Shown here piece by piece: positions 20,294 to 29,200 of a stretch of 64,000 bases of DNA; the stretch's first letter is position 1; each line of letters starts with the position of its first letter. The DNA lies in assembly GCA_965203465.1 (NCBI GenBank), contig CBDBCR010000003.1, positions 832,001-896,000 on the forward strand, written 5' to 3'. The notes under the pieces are model-generated. The model did not search any database and was not told the DNA's origin. It worked only from the letters and a program-made list of their open reading frames with translations. The translations under genes were made by a program, and so were the position numbers. This DNA comes from Nitrosopumilaceae archaeon. GTDB taxonomy: Archaea; Thermoproteota; Nitrososphaeria; Nitrososphaerales; Nitrosopumilaceae.

Positions 20294-20862
20294 TCTTTCA
20301 CCAAGCGTTTGACGTACTCTATGTGCTCGTCAGGGGAGTGTACTTCCCAGTTGACGTTTCCAGAATCGATCTCCTCTATCATGCGTTCGATTTCTGGGTT
20401 GAAACGCACATCCGTGTCGAGGTTGAGGTCTGTCTTTATTTTGCTGTTCCTTGCATATTGCGGATAGTCTGCATATATTTCCTCAATGAGCCTGTCCAGA
20501 GACTTTTTGTTCAGGTTGGCAAACGTCTCGTAGAGGCGCTTTACGAGATCCCCGTGATCGCGCAGCATGGACGATAGCCTCTTGGCTCCTTTTGGCCCGA
20601 GGCTGTAGAAATCCACCGCGCGGCCACCAAACTGCCGGCGCTCTGTACGGATCAGCCCGACCTTTTCGGCCTCTTGCAAATCGCATGTAAGATCCATGCT
20701 GTACGGACCGAAGTGGTACGCTTCCCAGTCCGAATAGAATCCGAGCGGCTTCAGATCGGAGCGGTAGAGCTGGTATGCAAGAAACCCGTATTTCTGCAGC
20801 CGGGTTCGACCCCTGATGGTGGTCTGATTTACGAGCAGAATTATCCGATCAGTCCCATCCAA
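20290..20862 (-). CDS. SocA/Panacea-like (YwgA-type) antitoxin
   Basis: IRGRTRLQKYGFL, W.AYHFGPYS.DL, IYADYP; ATGA overlap with the RelE gene. Confidence 0.7.
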   Translation of the reverse strand: MDGTDRIILLVNQTTIRGRTRLQKYGFLAYQLYRSDLKPLGFYSDWEAYHFGPYSMDLTCDLQEAEKVGLIRTERRQFGGRAVDFYSLGPKGAKRLSSMLRDHGDLVKRLYETFANLNKKSLDRLIEEIYADYPQYARNSKIKTDLNLDTDVRFNPEIERMIEEIDSGNVNWEVHSPDEHIEYVKRLVKD

Positions 20863-20931
20863 CGACGGCTGGCTCCGACGCCCATATTTGAATTGAACGC
20901 TGGATGATCGATTCCTACAAATCCGCGTGAG

Positions 20932-21016
20932 CTGTTCTGCCGGTCATGGAAGATTTCGCCCTCGTCTGTCTGATGCGTGGACGGGGAGGCGAAATTTTCA
21001 ACGCCCGCCAGAATAG
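20932..21016. repeat. Palindromic repeat family 1, copy 2
   Basis: CTGTTCTGCCGGTCATGGAAGATTTCGCC...GGCGAAATTTTCAACGCCCGCCAGAATAG; arms almost identical to copy 1, loop diverged. Confidence 0.9.
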
Positions 21017-21419
21017 GCGCGACTCAGGCGCGAGCCGCCCGAGTTTATAGAGATCGCTTGTCGAATATTTCTGCCTCGTGCAGCTAAATGGAGGTTATGG
21101 GTAATCCACAAAATCTCGCAGATCCGTGCTTAGAAAACCCCAACCAGCGCGTTCACGCATAGACTAATGGAAAGCGCGCGAACCGTGCCTGAGTAAATTG
21201 GAAAAGGCGCGGCAGCGCACCAAGTCGTAGCGACCGAGGACGAATTTAACCCATTCCTGCACCGCTGCCGCAAGCGCTAGGAAGGCGACGGGATAGACTG
21301 CTTGGACGAAGGCACGTACGCCGTGCGCTAGCCCGGATCCGAGCGCAAGCGCACCGTGAAGCTTTCCAAGGACGGCCGGTCGTGCAAGTGCCCGACGCCA
21401 CGTATCGCAAATTCCACTG

Positions 21420-21491
21420 CTGGCGGTCGTTGAAAATCTCGCCTCGCTCGCCGCGCGTCAGACAAGCGCCGGGCGACGTCAACGATCGGCA
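21420..21491. repeat. Palindromic repeat family 1, copy 3 (inverted, degenerate)
   Basis: Reverse complement contains TCGCCC..GCTTGTCTGACGCG..GAGGCGAGATTTTCAACGACCGCCAG. Confidence 0.75.
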
Positions 21492-21823
21492 TAGTCGCCA
21501 ATTTTGAGCTTTTGGCATATCGAGCGGTGCAGTTTAACCGCGGTCTGCCTCTCACTCTCGCTTATGTCGCCGTACAAGACCTCGTATCTGGCCTTTCGGC
21601 ACAGCCAATAAAGGGCGTTATATTCTCGCCAGACGTGCCCGATATATCTGCGTACCCAAGCGTTGCGTTCGCTGTGGCTGCGCGGTTTCTTGCCTATTGC
21701 GAGCAGGCGTTCGTCGACCGCGTGCATGGCAGAATAGAACAGGGTCGTAATCTCCCAGTCGGCTTGTCGGGGGCGACCCGACAGGTACCGCTGCACATCG
21801 CGGTTGTGGATGCTTTGTTGCAC
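21479..21823 (-). CDS. HEPN-domain protein
   Basis: DW..T.LFYSAMHAV, SHSER, L.RKARYE; start uncertain. Confidence 0.7.
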   Translation of the reverse strand: MQQSIHNRDVQRYLSGRPRQADWEITTLFYSAMHAVDERLLAIGKKPRSHSERNAWVRRYIGHVWREYNALYWLCRKARYEVLYGDISESERQTAVKLHRSICQKLKIGDYADR

Positions 21824-21842
21824 GCGCCAGCTCGTTCCAGAT

Positions 21843-22211
21843 CTACCGCCCCGGCCTTGAAAAAACCGGCCTGGTGCCGACCAGGTGCTCGTCCAGGACT
21901 TCGTCCTCGTGCAGTACCAAGGGCGCAATCTCAACGCCGCGCAGCGCGTCCTGAATTTCGATTGATTTGTCGCAGACTGCCAGCAGCGCCTCGCCCCTGT
22001 CGTCAAGAACGTGCACCACCACCACGCGCCACGTTCCGTCCCGCTGCACGTCGTAATGGACTTGAACCACGTGATCCAGTTCCCTGAACGCGTTTTCCAT
22101 GTGCCGGACGACATCGTCCAGGCGTTCCGGGGAGGATCCCGAGTTGAGCCGGAGCTTCAATTCCTCGATGGCGTCCTCTTGGCGTTCTATTTTTTTCTCC
22201 AACGCGGACAT
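21843..22211 (-). CDS. Putative HEPN partner (degenerate MNT-like antitoxin)
   Basis: 122 aa directly upstream of the HEPN gene, with an alpha/beta pattern; no clear GS..DxD motif. Confidence 0.45.
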   Translation of the reverse strand: MSALEKKIERQEDAIEELKLRLNSGSSPERLDDVVRHMENAFRELDHVVQVHYDVQRDGTWRVVVVHVLDDRGEALLAVCDKSIEIQDALRGVEIAPLVLHEDEVLDEHLVGTRPVFSRPGR

Positions 22212-22479
22212 TCTGTCTACAACTGCCTGTTCACTCAGCCTGCCTCATCCCGTTTGCCGCCCGCGCCCGTCCTGCCTATATACCTGACTGAGCTCGGCCA
22301 CAGTCGGGCGGCCCGGACTGGCGCGCGCCGCGGCTGCGGGCCGGATGTGGGCGAGTGGGCACGATATTGCGCCTCGGCCCCGCGCCGTCCCCCGGCTTCC
22401 GGTGCGGCCGGCCGGGGTGGCAGGCTAGCTCGAGCTAAAATTCAGAACGTTATTTATCGGCGTCCCGGGCCGGCCGCGC

Positions 22480-23466
22480 ATGCGCGTCGTCCTGGCCATG
22501 GTGCTCGCGGCGGCCGCCGGCACCGCCGCGGCCGCGCAGTCCTACCTTGCCGACGGCGGCGGGGTGGCCGTGGCGTACTTTCCCAACGTGGGCCACGCCA
22601 TACCCATAGTGGCCTTCGAGTCCGGCTCGCCGCAGGCCGAGCCCAGGATATTCGACAGCGGCCCGCAGGCCGCAGAGGCCCTCTTTGCCGGATCCGTGCA
22701 GATGGCGTACATGGGCCCGGGGCCCGCCCTGACCGCGTTCGCAAACTCGGGCGGCGGCGTCGTGGTGCTGTCCGGCGCCGCGGCCGGGGGGGCGAGCATG
22801 GTGGCGCGCCCCGGCGCCTACCAGGACGCGGAGCTGGCCGGGGCCTGCCCCGGGCCCGGGTGCTCCGCCCTGCTGGACGGAAAAAGGATAGCCGCGCCCC
22901 AGATAGGCAACACGCAGGATGTCTCGCTGCGCCACCTGGTGGAAAAGCACGGCCTGCGTACGGCCGAGCGGGGGGGCAGCGTGACGGTACACAACGTGGC
23001 CAACCCCGACATTTACGCGCTCTTTGCGAAAGGCGACATTGACGCGGCATGGGTGCCCGAGCCGTGGGCCACCCTGCTGGTGCGCGACCTCGGCGGCGCG
23101 CGGCTGTTCGAGGAATCCGAGACGTGGCCCGGCGGCAGGTTCGCCTCGGTGCTGCTGGTGGCCGACGCGCGCTTTGCGCGCGAGAACCCCGGGGCCGTGG
23201 CCGCCTGGCTGGAGGCGCACGAAAGGGCCGAAAAGTCCATACGGGAAGATCCGCGCCGGGCGGCCCTGGCGGTGGACCGGTTCCTGGAAAAGACCTTCGG
23301 CAGGGGCATGGGGGATACAACCGGCGAGGCGCTCTCGCGCGTGGAGATAACCTCGGATCCGGTGGAAAGCTCGGTGCTCGAGTTCGCCGAAAGGTCCGCC
23401 GCCCTGGGGTACCTGGGCAGGGGCCAGGTGGATCTGGGCGGCCTGTTCTGGGAGGGCCCGGCTTGA
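22480..23466 (+). CDS. ABC transporter substrate-binding protein (nitrate/sulfonate SsuA-like)
   Basis: Signal peptide; YFPNVGHA, GPGPA, PQIGNTQDV, WVPEPWA. Confidence 0.88.
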   Translation: MRVVLAMVLAAAAGTAAAAQSYLADGGGVAVAYFPNVGHAIPIVAFESGSPQAEPRIFDSGPQAAEALFAGSVQMAYMGPGPALTAFANSGGGVVVLSGAAAGGASMVARPGAYQDAELAGACPGPGCSALLDGKRIAAPQIGNTQDVSLRHLVEKHGLRTAERGGSVTVHNVANPDIYALFAKGDIDAAWVPEPWATLLVRDLGGARLFEESETWPGGRFASVLLVADARFARENPGAVAAWLEAHERAEKSIREDPRRAALAVDRFLEKTFGRGMGDTTGEALSRVEITSDPVESSVLEFAERSAALGYLGRGQVDLGGLFWEGPA

Positions 23467-24218
23467 CAAAGCTGGAGGCGCGCGGCATAGTCAAGGACTT
23501 TGTGCACGGCACGCACCGCCTGCGGGCGCTTGGCGGCGTGGACATGAGCGTCGAGGCCGGCGACTTTGTCTGCCTGGTCGGGCCGTCGGGCTGCGGCAAG
23601 TCCACGTTTTTGAGGATAGCCGCCGGCCTGGAGAGGCCCGACGGCGGGCAGATACTCTTCGACGGCAGGCCCGTGGACTCGACGGGCGCCGAGAGGATAA
23701 TGGTCTTCCAGGAGGGCGCCCTGTTCCCGTGGCTGGACGTGCGCGACAACGTCGAGTTCGGCCTAAAGATGGCCGGCATACCCCGCGACGAGCGCGCAAA
23801 GATCTCGGGCGGCTACCTTGCCATGATGCAGCTGGACCGCTTCGCCGGCTCGTACATACACCAGCTGTCGACGGGCATGAAGCAGCGCGTGGCCATCGCG
23901 CGCGCGCTGGCCATGGACCCCGACGTGCTGCTGATGGACGAGCCGTTCGCCGCGCTCGACGAGCAGACGCGCAACCTGCTGCTCGCCGAGGTGCAGCTGA
24001 TCTGGGAAAAGACCAAAAAGACGGTGCTGTTCGTGACCCACAACGTGGCCGAGGCGGCCGTGCTGGGCACCAAGGCCGTCGTGTTCAGCGCCAGGCCCTC
24101 GCGCATAAGGGCCGAGATACCCAACCCGCTGCCCAGGCCCAGGTCGCCCGACGACCCCGCGCTCGAGCCGGTGCGGCGGCGCATATCCGAGTGCCTCGGG
24201 CAGGGGCGCCCGGCATGA
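23463..24218 (+). CDS. ABC transporter ATP-binding protein (SsuB/TauB-like)
   Basis: GPSGCGKST, LSTGMKQR, LLMDEPFAALD. Confidence 0.92.
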   Translation: MTKLEARGIVKDFVHGTHRLRALGGVDMSVEAGDFVCLVGPSGCGKSTFLRIAAGLERPDGGQILFDGRPVDSTGAERIMVFQEGALFPWLDVRDNVEFGLKMAGIPRDERAKISGGYLAMMQLDRFAGSYIHQLSTGMKQRVAIARALAMDPDVLLMDEPFAALDEQTRNLLLAEVQLIWEKTKKTVLFVTHNVAEAAVLGTKAVVFSARPSRIRAEIPNPLPRPRSPDDPALEPVRRRISECLGQGRPA

Positions 24219-24967
24219 GGTACGCGTACCTGCGCGCGGCCTTTTACGCGGGCATAGTGGGAATCTGGCAGGGCGTGGCCATGTCCGGGGTGTGGCCGCC
24301 TAGCGTCTTTCCGTCCCCCTACGAGGTGGCCCAGGACCTGGCGCACGGCGCGTGGGACGGCTCGCTGCTCTACGGCGTGGCCACGAGCATGTGGAGGCTG
24401 GCAGCCGGCCTCGCCATCGCGGTCTCTGCCGGCACGGCCCTGGGCATAGCCATGGCGCGCTCCGAGGCTGCCAACCAGACGCTCGGCTCGCTGGTGCTGG
24501 GCCTCCAGTCGATACCGTCGATAGCGTGGGTGCCGCTTGCCATACTCTGGTACGGCCTCAACGACGCGGGCATAATATTCGTAGTAGCCGTGGGGGCCGT
24601 CTTTGCGGTCACCATAAACGCGTACACCGGCGTCAGGAACATAGACCCGCACTACCTGGAGGCCGCGCGCAACATGGGCGCCAGGGGCTCGCAGCTGGTC
24701 ACCGACGTGCTCATACCGGCCGCGTTCCCCTACATGATAGCCGGCTTCAAGCAGGGGTGGGCGTTCGCCTGGAGGGGCGTGATAGGCGCCGAGCTGCTCT
24801 TTGCCTTCCTGGGCCTGGGCCACCTGCTGTACGCGGCGCGCTCGCTGACCGACGTCTCGCAGGTGATAGCGGTCATGCTCGTCATAATGGGCATAGGCCT
24901 TGCCGTCGACGGGGCCTTTTTCAGGAGGCTCGAGGCCAAGGTCATGGCCAGGTGGGGCCTGGGCTAG
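24215..24967 (+). CDS. ABC transporter permease (SsuC/TauC-like)
   Basis: LQSIPSIAWVPL, EAARNMGA EAA loop. Confidence 0.92.
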   Translation: MRYAYLRAAFYAGIVGIWQGVAMSGVWPPSVFPSPYEVAQDLAHGAWDGSLLYGVATSMWRLAAGLAIAVSAGTALGIAMARSEAANQTLGSLVLGLQSIPSIAWVPLAILWYGLNDAGIIFVVAVGAVFAVTINAYTGVRNIDPHYLEAARNMGARGSQLVTDVLIPAAFPYMIAGFKQGWAFAWRGVIGAELLFAFLGLGHLLYAARSLTDVSQVIAVMLVIMGIGLAVDGAFFRRLEAKVMARWGLG

Positions 24968-25890
24968 GCGACGCCGCGCAGCGCCTGCACTATCTTTTCG
25001 GCCGCCACGTTGGCGGCAAGTTTCTGCGCCTCTGCGGTCTGGGCCCCCACGTGCGGGGTCAGCAGGGCGTTGTCCAGCTGCGCCAGCTTGTGGCCCGCCG
25101 CCGGCTCGGTCTCGAAGACGTCGAGGGCGGCCCCGCCCAGGCGGCCGTCCTTTAGCGCCTCGTAGAGGGCGTCCTCGTCGACGACGCCGCCGCGCGAGGT
25201 GTTGACCAGCACGGCGGTCGGCTTCATCAGCGAGAGGCGCGCCGAGTCGAACATGCGGCGCGTGGAGTCGGTCAGGGGCACGTGGACCGAGACGTAGTCG
25301 GAGCTCTGCAGCAGGGTGGCCAAGTCGGCCTTTGCGAGGCCGACCTCGCGCGCGAACTCGGCGTCCACCTGCACCGGATCGTACCCTATGATGTTCATGT
25401 TGAGGCCGCGCGCCAGGCGCGCCAGCCGCCTGCCTATGTTGCCAAGGCCCACTATCCCGAGGTACTTGCCGCTCAGCTCGGTCCCCTTTGACTCTTTTTT
25501 GGGCCACCGCCCGTCGCGCACGCCCCTGTCGGCGAATGCTATCTTGCGCGCCGAGCAGAGCATCAGGCCCAGCACCAGCTCGGCCACGGCCGTGACCGCC
25601 CCCTCGGCCGCGTTGACCACGCGTATGCCGCGCGCCTCTGCGGCCTTTACGTCAATGTTGTCAAGCCCGACGCCGACGCGCGCTATGACCTTGCAGCTGC
25701 GCGCGCGCGACACCATCTCGGCCGTCACGGTGGTGCGGCTGCGCACCACGACGGCCGAATACTCCCCGACGATCTCCAGTATCCGGCCGGCATCTATGTC
25801 CGGCTCGTACGAGACGGCCACGCCGTTCTTTTTGAGCACGTCCAACAGTATCGGATCCACTTCGTCGCAGACCAGCGCGGAATCGGGCAC
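24964..25890 (-). CDS. serA: D-3-phosphoglycerate dehydrogenase / D-2-hydroxyacid dehydrogenase
   Basis: RVGVGLDNID, GLGNIG, NTSRGGVVDE, TPHVGA. Confidence 0.85.
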   Translation of the reverse strand: MPDSALVCDEVDPILLDVLKKNGVAVSYEPDIDAGRILEIVGEYSAVVVRSRTTVTAEMVSRARSCKVIARVGVGLDNIDVKAAEARGIRVVNAAEGAVTAVAELVLGLMLCSARKIAFADRGVRDGRWPKKESKGTELSGKYLGIVGLGNIGRRLARLARGLNMNIIGYDPVQVDAEFAREVGLAKADLATLLQSSDYVSVHVPLTDSTRRMFDSARLSLMKPTAVLVNTSRGGVVDEDALYEALKDGRLGGAALDVFETEPAAGHKLAQLDNALLTPHVGAQTAEAQKLAANVAAEKIVQALRGVA

Positions 25891-26205
25891 GCGGCGCGGT
25901 GCCCGGGTTCGAATATAATCATTTGCTGAGGGATCCGGCCGGAGCCCGGGCGGGGCCGCGCTCGCCTGCTCGGCCTCGCGCAGGCGCCGGCGGCGGTTTT
26001 TCGGCAAAGCCGGGCACTCGCCCGCAAAGCGCCCGTTAGGCTTGGACTTTGGTGCCCGGCCAAGCGCCATTAACGCTCGCTTTAGTCGGCCCGGGCCCCG
26101 TTAAAGAAAATCGCCGATTGCGTTAACGGAGACGCCGATGGCATTTAACTGCTGGGCGCGTTTCCGGTACCTAGTCGTACCGGCCGCGCCTCCGGACGCC
26201 GCGGC

Positions 26206-29200
26206 CTAGTCCTGCGCGTTGATGCGCTGGTACCCGAACAATTCTTCGAAGAGCAGCGCGGCCCGCCGCTGCTCTGCCAATACGGCCTCGCGGAGGCGCC
26301 GCTCGTCGGCCTCCAGGTCGGGCAGCTGCGGGGCCGGCGCCGGCGCGTCCGGCTCCGGTACCGGCATCATGGCGTCCAGTATTTTCTGCGCGGCCATCAC
26401 CTGCGCGTACAGGTGGTCGCGGAACTCCGGATCCCCGCGGTCGTAGCCCTGCATCGGGATGCCGTCGTACAGGTACATCGATTCGTCGATGTCGTGGTAC
26501 AGCCTCGACTGGTTGTACAGCGGCATGTACTCGCCTTCGGGCGAGAGCTTGAACAGGTGGCCTTCCCCGTCGATCATGACGTCCGTGTTTGAGGATATCG
26601 GGTACAGCAGCATCCCGTCCACCTCGATCCCCGGCTGCGGGTCCATCGGCTCGCCCGAGACGTGTATGCCGTGGTTGTAGTAGTTTTGCCAAGAGTTGCG
26701 CTCCCTGTCCCACACGTCGGTCCCGACGATGTCGAACTCGAGCGGCGCCCGGAACATGTGTGTTATGGTGACGGAGAGGCACTCGAGCGAAGAGCCCGCC
26801 GAGCAGTCCACCACGTCGTGCGAGGCCGACAGCGTGTCGATGTCGATGGCGCCGTCCGGATCTATGACCGAGACCGTCCCGGTCCCGTCGAACGCAATGT
26901 CGTAGTTTATCACGGCCCTGCTCTCCGATATGACCTCGCCGGAGCGCAGGCCGAATGCAAGCGACACGTGCTCTACGTTGCGCGGCCCCTCGTTCTCGTA
27001 CATCTTTAGCGCGACGGTGTTCTGCTTTCCGACCTCGGATTCGATCAGCGGGTACGGGGTGAAAAAGTACGCCACATCCGAGGACAGACCGTTGTACGAA
27101 AATCCGCCGTCCACCAGTTTGGCCCCGTACTCGTCGTAGCCGAGCGTCGGCGGTGTGCAGTCGTCGCACTCCGAGCCTCTGGACGGAAGGACGGGCCCCG
27201 TCCCCCACGCCGAAAAGTGGCCGGTCCAGACAGTCGAGCTCTCCCGCACGTAGCACGAGCCCGAGTCGGTCCCGTCCTGCTCCTCGAGGGAGGCCAGGTG
27301 CCCGGCAGCCTGCGCGTGCGTCGAAGAGCCGGTCAGCTCTTCGGGGCACTCTTGGACCGCGAGGGTCTGCCCGCCGGTCACCACGAATACAAGTTCCTGC
27401 AGCGGCGTCGAAAACTCTATGCGGGCAGGCAGCGACAGCTCGACGCGCCCGGCCGGATCGCCCACCTCCACGAGGGTCGCCGACTGCGAGGTGTCCAGCC
27501 TGTACGAGAACGCGTAGTCGTCGGACGGCACGGTGGAACTGGACGCCGACATTGGCAGCGTCTGATCCGCGGGCAGCCCGCCCACCTGCAGGCCGGCGGG
27601 CAATACGACGGTGGCAGTGGCGAACCGGACGGTCAGCCCGGATCCAAACTCGGCGGTCTGCCCGCCCGCCGAGGCCACGCTCGCGGCCGGCGGGGCCGGA
27701 TCGGGAAGCAGCGAGGCGTTGATGGCTACCGGCTGCCGGGCCACGACGGTCCTTACGATCGAGTCGGGCGGCAGGATCAGCTCCGCCCGCCCGTCCCTGG
27801 CCGTGTCGCGCAATACGACCGCCCCGTCGCGCGCGTCTGCCGGGACAAGCGACTTTGCGCCGCCGTTTAGCAGCGCGTTGCCCACCCTGTCGGTGACCCC
27901 GGAGACTTGGAAGTCGATGCGGGTGCTGGACATCAGCTCGGCGTTGCTCTGGGCCAGCATGGCGAGTACAGAGGCGGTGCCCGAGCCGTGCACGAAAGAG
28001 GCTGCAGGCACCGACGAGGCGCCGTACTCGAAGAGCGTATAGTCGGAGGCGGCGGTCACCACCGGCTCGGAATAAAAGAGCGCGATGGAACGGTCTCCGA
28101 CCAGCGATGCCTGCTCTAGCTGCGGGGCCGTGTTGTCCACCAGGACGTTGGGGCCGGTCAGCCTCTCCTCTCCGAAGGTGACTGGCACGCCGTCGATCAT
28201 CACCTCTACGCTGATGTCCAGCGGGCCGTCCGCGTCGGTCCCGCAGGCGGCCCACTCTGCGGCGAACTGCTTGGCCGGCGGGGTCGTCTCTTCGACCGAG
28301 CTTTCCGGGTTGGGGAGCGGGGGCTGCAGGGACGCGCTCCTGCCGTTTATCAGTATGTCGAACTCGCCCATGGTGAACGTCTCCTCGGCCCGGAACGAAA
28401 TGTCCACTATCGTCCTGCCGGCCGCGTCGTCCACGCACGCGCCGGCCCCGGACGTCAGGACGCGCTGGCCGCCCTGCAGCACCAGGGTGCCGGTCGGCTC
28501 GTAAGAGGCGCCGCCCGTCGCCATGCCCGAGGGGTGCCGCGAGGTGAGCGTGAACTCTGTCACCGTCAGCGGCACCTCGTAGTGCGGTATTTTTACGGCT
28601 TGGCCGTCGCGCACCTGCGAGAGCTCGAACTCCGCCGACGCCAGGTCCCCGTTGGCGTCCAGCGTGTTGTCGCCGGCCAGCCCGCGGTGCCCGTCGGCGG
28701 CGTCCGGGATCGCCTCGCGCAGCTGTGCCGCGTCGAACGAGGGGGCCTGCATCATGGCCCTGCCCAGCAGGCGGACCGCGTCGTAGGCGGCGTACGTGGG
28801 CATGCCGAACTCGCCGTGGCGGTCGTCGAGCATCGACGAGATCGCCCGGGTCGCCTGCGCGAACGAGGGGTGCTCCCTGTTGGGCACCTCTTCTATCAGC
28901 GTGTATTTGGTCCGCGAGACGAATTCTATGATGCGCTCGGACTGCGCTATTATGGCCTCGGCCGAGATGGGGCCAGAGGCCGACAGCCCGCTGGCCGCCG
29001 AATACGCCGCCCGGTACGGCGCGGCCTCCGGCGAAGGGCTCGAAGCTGCGAGCTGCGCGGCCACCGCCCTTATGCGGTCCCTGTCCAGTATGGTCTCGAG
29101 CGTCGAGGTTCCCGATGCCGCCTGCCGGAGCAGCTCCACGCCGCGCTCGGTGAGCGAGTGCGAGAGCGTGTTGTCCAGCGCGACCATGCCGAACCACTGC

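Noticed and set aside
21020-21420. A further gene between repeat copies 2 and 3
   Set aside because: Only short, stop-interrupted ORFs without recognisable motifs; at most a decayed remnant.
19854-21491. CRISPR array or canonical integron attC sites
   Set aside because: Repeats are ~85 bp and 0.4-1 kb apart with genes between them; there are no cas genes, and no terminal RYYYAAC/GTTRRRY boxes.
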